A stretch of DNA of 64,000 nucleotides from an uncultured Verrucomicrobia subdivision 3 bacterium (GCA_903835255.1 CAILMI010000056.1:1298-65297); one strand, 5' to 3'; counted from the first letter of the stretch, positions 7,619 to 16,680 are shown. Notes: generated by a model from the letters alone, not told the origin. Made by a program: numbers and translations.

Positions 7619-9042
7619 TATTTCACCGCCTTGAAGAGCGCCAGGCACTTGGGCCGTTGCTCCTCGTGCAGGACGATCCGTTGCGGGTAGTGAGACCGGC
7701 TCAACAGCAGCGGATTCTCCCACGGCTGGTGAATCATGTCGTCCGGAAAGGCGGCGAGCTCGGGAATCCATTGCCGCACAAACTTCCCTTCCGCATCGAA
7801 CTTTTCACCCTGGGTCACCGGGTTGAAAATTCTGAAATAAGGCGCCGCATCCGTGCCCGTGCCCGCACTCCATTGCCAGCCCCCGTTGTTAGCCGCCATG
7901 TCACCGTCCACCAGCTGCCGCATGAAATAGCGCTCTCCCCACTGCCAGTGCAGGAGCAGGTCCTTGGTCAGAAACATCGCCACTATCATGCGCAGCCGGT
8001 TGTGCATCATGCCCGTGGCGTTGAGACAACGCATGGCCGCATCCACGATGGGATAGCCGGTGCGACCCTCGCACCACGCCTGAAAATGCTCCTGGTTCTC
8101 CGACCACGCCACCCGGTCGTATTCAGGCCGGAACGCGCCCCGGGTCACATGCGGAAAGTGGTGCAACACCTGCAAATAAAATTCACGCCAGATCAATTCA
8201 TTCAGGAAAATGTCAGCGCCATTGACCGATCCGGCGGACGGCGGCGGGCGGACCGCTTTCTTGTCCCTCGCTAGATTCAGTTCCGCAAGGATCGTGCGGA
8301 CCCCGATTGTTCCGGCGCGGAGATGCGGCGAAAGACGGGAGGTGCCGTCCACCGCCGGAAAATTCCGGCTTTCGGCGTAGGCATCCACCGGCCCGGCCAT
8401 GAACCGGCGCAACAGCTCCTGCGCCGCGCGCTCGCCGCCGGGCGGAATCGTCTGCGTGAGCGGGTACCCCATCTCCTCCGTCGTCGCCGGCAGCGTATCG
8501 GACGGCAGGCTGGGGACCGGACTCGTCTGGGAGACGGCTTTTAATTTCTCCTTGGGCGGCGGGAGGGGTCGGGCTTTCCACGCCCGAGAATAGGGCGTGA
8601 AAACTGTGTAGGGCTTGCCAGCCTGGGTGAGTATTTCCGACTCCTCCCAGACGACGGCGTCCTTGAATAGCTCAAAGCCGAACCCGGCGGCATTTAAAAG
8701 ACCGACCAGCTGTTCATCGCGCCGCTGGGCATAGGGCTCATAGCGCTTGTTGGCGAAGACCGCCTGCGCGCCCGCCTCCGCGCACAGTCGCGGCAAAACC
8801 TCCTCGGACTTCCCACAGCGGATAATCAGCGCGCGGCCCAGTTCCGCCAGATTTTTACGCAGCGCCTCCACGGACTGCAGCAAAAAAGCCAGCCGCGCCG
8901 CGCCCACATCCGGACCCGTGCGGAAGGCATCCTCAAAAATAAAAACCGGGATGACTCTTTCCGCACGCCGGGACGCCTCGCTCAGCGCCACATTGTCGGA
9001 AACGCGCAAGTCCCGCCGGAACCAATGGATGACAGTTTTCAT
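7618..9042 (-). CDS. phr: Deoxyribodipyrimidine photolyase / cryptochrome family (class I-like)
   Basis: N-terminus MKTVIHWFRRDLRVSDNVAL. The C-terminal FAD domain contains TGYPIVDAAMRCLNATGMMHNRLRMIVAMFLTKDLLLHWQWGERYFMRQLVDGDMAANNGGWQWSAGTGTDAAPYFRIFNP. Confidence 0.9.
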   Translation of the reverse strand: MKTVIHWFRRDLRVSDNVALSEASRRAERVIPVFIFEDAFRTGPDVGAARLAFLLQSVEALRKNLAELGRALIIRCGKSEEVLPRLCAEAGAQAVFANKRYEPYAQRRDEQLVGLLNAAGFGFELFKDAVVWEESEILTQAGKPYTVFTPYSRAWKARPLPPPKEKLKAVSQTSPVPSLPSDTLPATTEEMGYPLTQTIPPGGERAAQELLRRFMAGPVDAYAESRNFPAVDGTSRLSPHLRAGTIGVRTILAELNLARDKKAVRPPPSAGSVNGADIFLNELIWREFYLQVLHHFPHVTRGAFRPEYDRVAWSENQEHFQAWCEGRTGYPIVDAAMRCLNATGMMHNRLRMIVAMFLTKDLLLHWQWGERYFMRQLVDGDMAANNGGWQWSAGTGTDAAPYFRIFNPVTQGEKFDAEGKFVRQWIPELAAFPDDMIHQPWENPLLLSRSHYPQRIVLHEEQRPKCLALFKAVK

Positions 9043-9134
9043 GGTGATTTCAATATATGATTCCGTTTCCTCACGGCTAAAAAAGCATAAGCAACCCGGC
9101 GAACCAGCCTCCAGAGCGGGGCTGGGCTCAGCGC

Positions 9135-9398
9135 TTATTTCTCGGGGAGCTGGATCTGCTTCAGCCCCACCTCATGGGCGATGTCATCGAACTCCTCGCG
9201 GCTGACCTCCTCCAACTGCTTGCCGCGCGCCTTGAGCTGTTCGTTGATCTTGATCGCCTTCTCCGTCATCACCTCGTGGGTCTCCCGAGTGCCCCCGACC
9301 AGAGCAAAATTCGGCCCGGTGGTGACGCGCTTGCTGCCGTCCGAATCCAGACCCAGACCGAAGAGGGTGGCTTTGCGTTTCTTTTTGGCGTTGGCCAT
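9135..9398 (-). CDS. Small Lys-rich hypothetical protein (87 aa)
   Basis: Clean ORF with protein-like composition (MANAKKKRKATLFGLGLDSDG...THEVMTEKAIKINEQLKARGKQLEE...). I recognise no family. Confidence 0.5.
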   Translation of the reverse strand: MANAKKKRKATLFGLGLDSDGSKRVTTGPNFALVGGTRETHEVMTEKAIKINEQLKARGKQLEEVSREEFDDIAHEVGLKQIQLPEK

Positions 9399-9509
9399 AC
9401 CTCGAGCCTAAAGCCCGCGCCCAGAAGGGTCAAGTCGCCGAAAACCCAGCCCACACTCCACAGTATTCCGTCTCCCTGGCGCAATTCGATCCTCAGACTG
9501 ATCAGACTC

Positions 9510-10316
9510 TCAAAGGAGAGGCGCAAAGGGGTTCCCCACCGACCCGGCAGTGGGATGGGCAGGCACAAATAGGAGGCTGACAAACAGGTAGATCCAGCCG
9601 AGCACCAGATGGGCGCCGAAAATGAACCCGAACTGCACCAGATCCACCGCGCCAAAATTATAAAGCAGAATGCCTGTCGCCAGCAGCAATGCTCCTGGCA
9701 GCAGCGCCGCCGCAGATAATTTCAAGGCCCGGCGTAAATTTAAATCCCGGTTTGCAAAAAAACCGAGCACCCACACCGGCACACAATAGAGCGTCGCCAG
9801 CAGCCACCAGCCCGCCAGCAAACTGATCACGGCGACCAGCGCAACGAAAAACAAAATCGTGGATCGCCACGCGCCCCAGAGCGGTTCCAGTTCGGTGCGA
9901 TTGAAGGCAAACGGGGGTCCGGCCGGATAGGGCAATTCCAGATAGCCCAGGAGCGAGAGGGCCCAGATCTCCTCCCGCCCGAATTCAATCTGCACGTCGG
10001 CGGTGGAATGGATATTGCCGCTATGATCCAGATCGACCCCCAACGCCAGTATCCGCCCCTCGGCGAGCAGCCGGGGCGAATCCCCCCGCCAGTCGAGTTG
10101 GGCGGAGCGGACCTCGCCGGCAGCGGGCAGGGTTTGAACCGCCGACTGAATAACCGGAAAAACACTGTCCATGATAAACCAGACGACGAAGGAGGCGGCC
10201 GTGAGAGCGACGAGTAATTGAAACAGCAGCAGACGGGTCGCAGGCGCATGGGCAAAGGAGGCTACCCCGCGCGGCGTGAACGGCTCCGAGGCCAACGGTT
10301 TGCTCCCGGCCTTCAC
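9510..10316 (-). CDS. Hypothetical integral membrane protein
   Basis: 268-aa ORF with about 5 hydrophobic helices and a hydrophilic loop after the first helix. No family recognised. Confidence 0.55.
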   Translation of the reverse strand: MKAGSKPLASEPFTPRGVASFAHAPATRLLLFQLLVALTAASFVVWFIMDSVFPVIQSAVQTLPAAGEVRSAQLDWRGDSPRLLAEGRILALGVDLDHSGNIHSTADVQIEFGREEIWALSLLGYLELPYPAGPPFAFNRTELEPLWGAWRSTILFFVALVAVISLLAGWWLLATLYCVPVWVLGFFANRDLNLRRALKLSAAALLPGALLLATGILLYNFGAVDLVQFGFIFGAHLVLGWIYLFVSLLFVPAHPTAGSVGNPFAPLL

Positions 10317-10421
10317 AGGTTGGATTGATCAGAGTTCATCTTGGCACCGACATGCAAGACCTTTGAAGCCGCCCCGCCCACCGGTTCGGCAACGGCTTGG
10401 ACCGCAAGGCATCCCACCGCT

Positions 10422-10862
10422 TCAGGCCGCCGGGCTGGCCGGGGGCACGGGCTGGTTCGGTGCAGACGGCGGCGTCAGAAAAACCGGCACGGGGTAGCGC
10501 AGCTTCATCACATCGTCCACAATGACCTCGATGAAATAGGTTCCGGGAGCCTTCAATTCCAGCTGGCCGAAAACCGTGACATTCGTCGAATTCAATGCGG
10601 CGTCGCGCAGCTCAAATTTCATCTCCGCCTTCCGGAGGACAGTGGTCTGATCGGGGGCGATGAGACGCACGGTTTCCTTGAATTGTCCGAGCCCCGCCGT
10701 CCAGCGGTTGAACACACATAGCCGCGCGGCCACGACCGGTAGCTGTGGGACACGAATCAGGGTGATCACGCCAATCAGGAAAAAATTGCCGTTGGCCTCC
10801 TGGCGGACTTCCTCGCACAACAGCGAGGATTGCAGGTCAGGGAGTATTCGAGTCGGATTCAT
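10422..10862 (-). CDS. Hypothetical protein (DUF6941-like by recollection only)
   Basis: 146-aa ORF (...ANGNFFLIGVITLIRVPQLPVVAARLCVFNRW...) with a Pro-rich tail. The family assignment is uncertain. Confidence 0.5.
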   Translation of the reverse strand: MNPTRILPDLQSSLLCEEVRQEANGNFFLIGVITLIRVPQLPVVAARLCVFNRWTAGLGQFKETVRLIAPDQTTVLRKAEMKFELRDAALNSTNVTVFGQLELKAPGTYFIEVIVDDVMKLRYPVPVFLTPPSAPNQPVPPASPAA

Positions 10863-10956
10863 AAATTATTTTAGCGAACTAGGACCAAAGACCGCGGGAA
10901 AAGTGGGGAGACGGGGCTTTGCCGGCGCCGGATGGATCCCTGACAAGTCGAGTTCA

Positions 10957-11829
10957 TCAGAGGGCCAGCTCCGCGGCGCGCACGGTGTTTTGCAGCAGCA
11001 TCGCAATCGTCATCGGGCCGACGCCACCGGGGTTGGGTGTGATCTTTCCAGCCACCTTCAGGACTTCGGCAAAATCCACGTCGCCGACCAGCCGTCCCTC
11101 CACCCGGTTGACGCCCACATCAATCACCACGGCCCCCGGTCGGACCATGTCGGCCTTCACAAATTCAGGCACACCCAGCGCCGCAATCAGAATATCCGCG
11201 CGGCGGCAGTGCGCGGCGATATCCCGTGTGGCGGAATGACAGAGCGTGACCGTCGCATTGGCGCCCGCGCCCTTCTGGCACAGCAGGGCGGCCATCGGCT
11301 TGCCCACAATGTTGCCACGGCCGAGGATGACGACTTCCGCGCCGTCGGTGGAAACCTGGGAGCGCACCAGCAGCTCGCAGATGCCGGCCGGGGTGCAGGG
11401 ACGAAAACCCGTCGCGTCGCCGAGCATGAGTTTTCCGACATTTATCGGATGAAAGCCGTCCACATCTTTGTGCGGGAGGACGGCGGCATACACGACCGAC
11501 TCGCGGATCGGCTTCGGCAATGGCGCCTGGACGAGAATACCATGCAAACGGGGATCGGCATTGAGTTGCGCGATCAGGGACAACAGCTCTGTCTCCGGGG
11601 TTTTTTCCGGCAATACATGGGTCTGAGAGACAATGCCCAGATCAGCGCAAGCCTTCTCCTTTCGGCCCACGTAGACCCGGGAGGCGGGATCTTCGCCGAC
11701 GCGCACGAAGGCGAGGCCGGGAACTGTTCCGCGTTTTCTCAACTCCGCCACGCGCTGCGCCAGCTCTCGATGAATCAGCGCGGCAATGGCGCGGCCGTCA
11801 ATGAATTTGTCTGGGGATGCGGTAGTCAA
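10957..11829 (-). CDS. folD: Bifunctional methylenetetrahydrofolate dehydrogenase / methenyl-THF cyclohydrolase
   Basis: IDGRAIAALIHRELAQRVAELRKRGTVPGLAFVRVGEDPASRVYVGRKEKACADLGI ... VVILGRGNIVGKPMAALL ... PGGVGPMTIAMLLQNT. Confidence 0.9.
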   Translation of the reverse strand: MTTASPDKFIDGRAIAALIHRELAQRVAELRKRGTVPGLAFVRVGEDPASRVYVGRKEKACADLGIVSQTHVLPEKTPETELLSLIAQLNADPRLHGILVQAPLPKPIRESVVYAAVLPHKDVDGFHPINVGKLMLGDATGFRPCTPAGICELLVRSQVSTDGAEVVILGRGNIVGKPMAALLCQKGAGANATVTLCHSATRDIAAHCRRADILIAALGVPEFVKADMVRPGAVVIDVGVNRVEGRLVGDVDFAEVLKVAGKITPNPGGVGPMTIAMLLQNTVRAAELAL

Positions 11830-12922
11830 GGCGTTTGCTAGTGGTGGAGGAAGAATCAGAATTCAGCACCTCAATGCGCTGAATGGTCAGCACGGGAGTT
11901 TCTTTCCAGCGCTCCGCCAAACCCTCCTCGCCCGTCACCACGATGTGCATGCCGTTGTATCGGCTGACATCCAGATTGGGAGAGGTGGTGTAGAGATAAT
12001 TGATCTCGCGCCCGTTCGCAGCATCACACAGCACGTAAGCAGTCGGGGCAATGATGCTCGTCACTGAACGCACCACGCCCTCGTGCGAGACGATGCGGGG
12101 CGGCGGCGGATTGGTGTCCACAACGGCCAGATTCGTTTCCACCAGTGCAGGCGCGACCGGATCCGGCGTCGCTGCCGGGACCAACAGAGCGGGTTCAGTC
12201 ACAATGGGTGCGGCTTCTGCCACGGGGGTCAGTACGGGTGCCGGAACCGGAGCGGTTTCCGTGGAGGACGCCACGTTGGTGGCCATCGCTCCCGACGATT
12301 CCTGCTTCAAGTACATGGCGGCCACAAAAGCGCAGGCGGAGGCAGGCGGCTGGATTTTTGTCCATCCCTGCTTCGAGGTGATTTCTTGGACGGCAGCCCC
12401 GTGCTCTAAAAGGCCGAGCACGCTGAAATTCTCACCGGGGCCGGCGCGCAGATTCAGCTTTTTCGGCACCACCGTTTTGGTGGCCGGATCGATGAACGTG
12501 CTATGGACCCAGACAGGCGTGTTGGCGGGCAGCGCAATCCTCGCCCATTGAGCGGGTTCGCCGGAAGCATGCCGGTCCAAGGTGATCTGGCTCAACACCG
12601 TCACGGCCTCACCCTGCTTGAGCCGGGCCACAACTTCCCCTTTCAGACCGGCCTGGCCGCGCACATTCAAGTTGGGGGACGCCACTTCCGCAGCGCCCGG
12701 CAGGAGCGCAACCGTCGGCTCGTTCAAGGGGGCTTTTTTCGGGGCCGCCGCTTTCCGATGTTTCACCGGGGCCGCCTTCGGGACCGGCGCGGCGGGGACG
12801 ACCGCCGCAGGCATGGATGGCACCAGAGCCGGCTGGACTGGCAACGACGTGTTCAGATTGGTTTGCGCAACGGCCGCCGTCGCAAACATCATTCCTAAAA
12901 TCAACCCGCTGTTTATTTTCAT
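11798..12922 (-). CDS. Secreted protein with tandem bacterial SH3-like domains
   Basis: I chose the start at MKINSGLILGMMFATAAVAQ (signal peptide), which lies just after the stop of the upstream gene. Two SH3b-like segments are present (LNVRGQAGLKGEVVARLKQGEAVTVL...; LNLRAGPGENFSVLGLLEHGAAVQEI...), plus a Pro/Ala-rich linker. Confidence 0.65.
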   Translation of the reverse strand: MKINSGLILGMMFATAAVAQTNLNTSLPVQPALVPSMPAAVVPAAPVPKAAPVKHRKAAAPKKAPLNEPTVALLPGAAEVASPNLNVRGQAGLKGEVVARLKQGEAVTVLSQITLDRHASGEPAQWARIALPANTPVWVHSTFIDPATKTVVPKKLNLRAGPGENFSVLGLLEHGAAVQEITSKQGWTKIQPPASACAFVAAMYLKQESSGAMATNVASSTETAPVPAPVLTPVAEAAPIVTEPALLVPAATPDPVAPALVETNLAVVDTNPPPPRIVSHEGVVRSVTSIIAPTAYVLCDAANGREINYLYTTSPNLDVSRYNGMHIVVTGEEGLAERWKETPVLTIQRIEVLNSDSSSTTSKRLDYRIPRQIH

Positions 12923-12924
12923 AA

Positions 12925-13629
12925 TTAAGAAATTAAAGTTTTTATTTCCGCCGCTGTCAATGCCCGCCATTTGCCAGGCTTGAGTTCTCCCAGCTTGATT
13001 TTCCCGATCTGAACACGCTGCAAACGCTTGACCGTCACCGCCTGCGACTCAAACAGGCGCCGGACCTCGCGGTTTTTTCCTTCGCTCAATTCCAACTCCA
13101 CCACACACCGCGTGCGGCTGCCGGAAACAATGTGCGCCTTGTCCGCCTTGAGCTTTTCCCCCGCATGCCAGATCCCGCTGACAAATAGCGCCAGCATCGG
13201 ACGGGTCACCTCCCCCTCCACCGTGGCCAGATAGCGCTTGCGGACACCATAGCGCGGATGCGTCAGACGCAGCGAGAATTGTCCATCATTGGTAAGAAAA
13301 ATCAACCCCTCGCTGTTGAAATCCAGACGGCCTACGGAATGCACCACCTGCCATTCCTCAGGCAGCAAATCATAAACCGTCGGACGGTCATGCTCGTCCC
13401 GGCGCGAACAGACACACCCGGGAGGCTTGTTCAGGGCGAGATACACCTTGCGGCGGGCCCGGACGATGCGACCGTCCACCACCACCTCGTCGCGCTCCGG
13501 ATCCACCCGGGTCCCCAGCAGACGAACGATGTGCCCATTGACGCGAACCAGACCATCCAAAATCAACTTCTCACCCGCGCGGCGGGAAGCGACGCCGGCG
13601 TCCGCGAGAAATTTTTGCAGACGAACCAC
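12925..13629 (-). CDS. Pseudouridine synthase, RsuA/RluB family, with S4 domain
   Basis: MVRLQKFLADAGVASRRAGEKLILDGLVRVNGHIV is the S4 domain. The catalytic region is HSVGRLDFNSEGLIFLTNDG. Confidence 0.85.
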   Translation of the reverse strand: MVRLQKFLADAGVASRRAGEKLILDGLVRVNGHIVRLLGTRVDPERDEVVVDGRIVRARRKVYLALNKPPGCVCSRRDEHDRPTVYDLLPEEWQVVHSVGRLDFNSEGLIFLTNDGQFSLRLTHPRYGVRKRYLATVEGEVTRPMLALFVSGIWHAGEKLKADKAHIVSGSRTRCVVELELSEGKNREVRRLFESQAVTVKRLQRVQIGKIKLGELKPGKWRALTAAEIKTLIS

Positions 13630-13723
13630 AGTGGATTGGAGTCTAAATTTGAGAAATGGCGAATAAATCCGAGTGAGGGACGGCGTTTAAGTCGCGACCC
13701 CATCGGCGCCATCCGCAATTCAA

Positions 13724-13879
13724 TCAGGCGTCAGGTTTGGTCTTGCGGAGACCCGTGATGCGGTCGCCATCTTTCCACTGGCCCCGCTTTTTGAGGATTT
13801 CCGTGCGTTCAAAACGCTTGAGGACATTACGCTTACCACCTAGGGTGGAAGCCGCGCGGAGACTACGATGCTGTGACAT
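13724..13879 (-). CDS. Small basic protein (51 aa, PVC-type), absent from the ORF track
   Basis: My own translation of the minus strand gives MSQHRSLRAASTLGGKRNVLKRFERTEILKKRGQWKDGDRITGLRKTKPDA*. From memory it resembles the Planctomycetes/Verrucomicrobia 'small basic protein' family (TIGR04137-like). Confidence 0.6.
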   Translation of the reverse strand: MSQHRSLRAASTLGGKRNVLKRFERTEILKKRGQWKDGDRITGLRKTKPDA

Positions 13880-14066
13880 AAATTGTTTTAGTTAAAGTTC
13901 GGCCGCTTTCAAACCAAAAGCGGAAACGTGTTATATCAGAGCCGCGGACGGTTTGCCAATGTAAATTTGAGGGCCCTGGACACAAATCCTGAAGCGGAGG
14001 ACTGGGAATCCTCCGCCGGCTTCCCCGACCCGTCCGGCTAAGGAACTGGCGCGCCGGTGGGATTTG

Positions 14067-14588
14067 CTATTTCGGCCGATTCAGGGGCGGAAGCGGGACA
14101 AAGTCCCGTTCCCGTTCCCGAACCACCAGCACTGGGCAGGGGGCGTGGCGCACCACCCGCTCGGCTACACTGCCCATCAGCGCATGGTTCAAGCCCGTGC
14201 GTCCGTGCGTTGAAAGTATGATCAGATCCACCTGGAGGGCCACGGCTTCGGCAACAATCTCCTGCCATGCCACCCCGAGGCGAACGCAGGCCTGCGAGCG
14301 CAATCGTGCGCCGACCTCATCGTGACGGAGCTTTTCTAACTGTTGCCGCGCCGACTCCAGAAGTTCACGCTGACCAATGGCCAGTTCCGGAGGCAGATAC
14401 TCGGGGTCCGGCGACACGATGTAAGGCTGCAGCACATGCAGCAGCACCACTTCAGCGTCGAAGGGGATGGCCAGAGGCACGGCATATCGCAACGCTTTCC
14501 CGGCCATCTCCGAGAAATCCACCGGCACCAGAATCCGTTGGAGCTGAAACGGCAGCGGCGGAATCCATCCGGCGCCTTGGGATTCCAT
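14067..14588 (-). CDS. Universal stress protein (UspA family)
   Basis: RILVPVDFSEMAGKALRYAVPLA...VVLLHV ... DLIILSTHGRTGLNHALMGSVAERVVRHAPCPVLVV. I chose the start at internal Met44 (MESQG...) to avoid an 88-nt overlap with the upstream gene. The alternative start is 14717. Confidence 0.8.
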   Translation of the reverse strand: MESQGAGWIPPLPFQLQRILVPVDFSEMAGKALRYAVPLAIPFDAEVVLLHVLQPYIVSPDPEYLPPELAIGQRELLESARQQLEKLRHDEVGARLRSQACVRLGVAWQEIVAEAVALQVDLIILSTHGRTGLNHALMGSVAERVVRHAPCPVLVVRERERDFVPLPPLNRPK

Positions 14589-14629
14589 CTCCACGACGAC
14601 CCTGCCCTTTTTTGAGCCCGGCTTGATTT

Positions 14630-15055
14630 TCACCGGGCGTGGATGGGAGTTTTCTGGACGGATCCCGGCGACAACGCCGTCGCGAGTTTCCAGCCGGCGG
14701 GCGATGGGGGCAGACACCGGATTGGCACCGCGGCGGCACGCACCTGATTCTGCTGACCCCGCGGCACCAACCGCAGCAAGGCTTCCCTGGCGCCAACCTT
14801 CGGCGCAAGATCCGCATGAGCCGGGCTCACCAGATCATCGCGCCGTTTGCCATCCACCAAAAAACCGTAGCGGTAAACCCCGGCCGTTAGGGGCACCGAC
14901 ACATTCCATGATCCATCCGCCAACGGCTTCATCAGCAGAAGCCGATGCAGCTGTTTTTCAAATTCCAGCAGCAACAACACCCTCTGCGCCCCCGGCGCGA
15001 GAATCGAAAAGGTCTGCCCGCTGCTGTCCGTTCCATTCTTTGCTGTTTTTTTCAT
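14630..15055 (-). CDS. Glycogen-binding (CBM48 / AMPK-beta-like 'early set') domain protein
   Basis: From MKKTAKNG...: TFSILAPGAQRVLLLLEFEK...MKPLADGSWNVSVPLTAGVYRYGFLVDGKRRDD matches the F-x-APxA-x-V-x-L-x-G-F...G-x-W...L-x-G-x-Y-x-Y-x-F-x-VDG pattern. The C-terminal 45 aa are unusual. Confidence 0.55.
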   Translation of the reverse strand: MKKTAKNGTDSSGQTFSILAPGAQRVLLLLEFEKQLHRLLLMKPLADGSWNVSVPLTAGVYRYGFLVDGKRRDDLVSPAHADLAPKVGAREALLRLVPRGQQNQVRAAAVPIRCLPPSPAGWKLATALSPGSVQKTPIHAR

Positions 15056-15071
15056 ATGTATGACCGATTTT

Positions 15072-15290
15072 TTATTTTCCAAACCAACGTTTTCCAAAGC
15101 CGGGCGCCGCCTCATCCTGACAGGTCGCGTGATGGCGGCTGAACCCTTCAGCGGTCCCGGTCGCCACCCCATCCAAGGTCCCCAGTTCCTCAAACAAATG
15201 GGTGGCCTCAGGGATGACCGCCAGCTCCTTCTCGCATTTCAGCTGGGCATAAGTCTGACGATTGTCCTCCAGCACTTCCGTCGTCTTGGG
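15072..15290 (-). pseudogene. C-terminal remnant of a dienelactone-hydrolase-like alpha/beta hydrolase
   Basis: This frame reads ...PKTTEVLEDNRQTYAQLKCEKELAVIPEATHLFEELGTLDGVA...FSRHH..*. It corresponds to roughly the last 55 residues (...ATHLFEEPG.L.EV...) of DLH-family proteins, as I recall them from Hsp20/Usp stress clusters. It has no N-terminal part and an in-frame TAA lies just upstream at 15306-15308. Confidence 0.55.
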
Positions 15291-15295
15291 CTCGG

Positions 15296-15741
15296 GACGG
15301 GAGTTTTACCCTCAACACGCCTTCCTTGAAGTTAGAGGTAATTTTGTCCGCATTGTCCTCTTCCGAAGTGTGTAAAGCTTCGCTCGAAACTGCCGTAGGT
15401 GCGCTCAATCCCATGGCACTTCTTTCCCTTTTCCTCCTTCTTAGCCTTGCGTTTTTCGGTGATGGAGAGGGTTTGATCCCGAACCTGCACCTTAATTTCT
15501 TCCCGCTTCACTTCGGGCAGTTCCGCTTTGACGAGGCACTCCTTATCGTCCTCGATAATGTCCACGCTCGGCATCCAATCGGCCAGAGTGATACCCTCCC
15601 CTTTTGTTTCCACCGACCAGCGACCCGCCATCCGATCCAACCGGCCAATCATAGTGCTATTTCCCGCTCCATTTCCTGAAACGAATCCCAGGACCGTTCC
15701 GCACTCCACAACTTCACCGGTTCCCGCACCCCGAAGGGCAA
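15296..15741 (-). pseudogene. Hsp20/alpha-crystallin small heat-shock gene disrupted by two frameshifts
   Basis: The gene reads across three frames. The N-terminal motif ...LWSAERSWDSFQEMEREIAL* is in one frame. The ACD core MIGRLDRMAGRW...ADWMPSVDIIEDDKECLVKAELPEVKREEIKVQVRDQTLSITEKRKAKKEEKGKKCHGIERTYGSFERSFT is in the track ORF 15332..15823. The C-terminal strand ..SEEDNADKITSNFKEGVLRVKLP is in the frame of ORF 15208..15414. The shifts lie near 15650 and near 15375, the latter at an ACACAC run. Confidence 0.7.
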
Positions 15742-15848
15742 CCACTAAATTATTATATTCATTGTAAGTCGCCTTGTTGCGATGGGATTGGTTCAACGCG
15801 GAAAAAAGAGCCCCACCGCACACGGCCTGCAGCAGGCCCGGCGCCGTT

Positions 15849-16076
15849 TTATTCCCGAAGGCCGCGTCCGTCCCAGTCCGTTTGTAATGGCGTCTCGTAG
15901 CCGCGGCGAATCTTGTCGCGAAATCCCATTGATTCTTTCTCCGAAGACGTCGGACTGGGCGGGGGCTGTGTGGATGGATACGTTAACTGGGGGAGCCGCT
16001 GAACAGGGGTGCCCAGTATCATCGCCACGGTGGCTTGCGGTCTCACGGTTTCTGAAACAGTTTTAGACGTTTTCAT
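15849..16076 (-). CDS. Hypothetical small protein (75 aa from MKTSKTV...)
   Basis: ORF only. It is Pro/Ser/Thr-rich, no family is recognised, and it may be non-coding. Confidence 0.3.
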   Translation of the reverse strand: MKTSKTVSETVRPQATVAMILGTPVQRLPQLTYPSTQPPPSPTSSEKESMGFRDKIRRGYETPLQTDWDGRGLRE

Positions 16077-16080
16077 GGAA

Positions 16081-16380
16081 TCAGTTGCCCTTAGCCTTCC
16101 TGGCTCCGCCTTTCCGGGAAACGACCGGGCGGGCGACCGCCAAACCCGACGGCGGTATGAATTTTTTTCCAAAGACCGACGCCGACACGTCGAGTTTTAC
16201 CAGCGCCTTGTTGTGAGAGATACTGCCCTCCCATTTTATTGTCTGCAGTTGGCGCTCCGCTTCCAGCCAGTATTCCCGATCCCGACCTCCCAGCCGTCCT
16301 TCCTGCTTCCATATCCGACTGGCCAGCTGGGCGATGTCTTCGTGTCTTAAAGTCGATGCAGTCTGTGTTGTTGGATTCAT
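16081..16380 (-). CDS. DUF2934 domain protein
   Basis: From MNPTTQTAS...: HEDIAQLASRIWKQEGRLGGRDREYWLEAERQL matches the DUF2934 pattern (IAxxAYxxWxxxGxPxGxDxxxWxxAE). Confidence 0.65.
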   Translation of the reverse strand: MNPTTQTASTLRHEDIAQLASRIWKQEGRLGGRDREYWLEAERQLQTIKWEGSISHNKALVKLDVSASVFGKKFIPPSGLAVARPVVSRKGGARKAKGN

Positions 16381-16680
16381 AAATGATTTTCGATGCGTCG
16401 GGCCTGCGAAGCCAACTGGGACCGTCAACAGACATGCTCCCGTGGATGCTTCACCACAAACCTTAGGGCCACTATTTAAGTCACCCGCGCTGGAAAAATC
16501 CATTGGCAGGCGACCCCAAAGCTCTAGGGCGGGTTATTTACCGGGGCTAGGCCATTCATCTAGAACGGCGTCATACCCTGCGCGTGAAAGGTGGGGTCCC
16601 AACACGGTCCGGGCGGCATCCACGCCGGCGGCAGGGGCGGGGGCGAATCTACCGGCCCGGCCGCCTTCATTTCCGTGAGG

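Noticed and set aside
10660-11841. 393-aa plus-strand ORF opposite folD and the DUF6941-like gene
   Set aside because: This is an antisense shadow. folD on the minus strand is unambiguous.
14589-14717. N-terminal extension of the usp ORF (track start 14717)
   Set aside because: The extension would overlap the upstream CBM48-domain gene by 88 nt. The Usp domain begins right after internal Met44. The extension cannot be excluded without homologue alignment.
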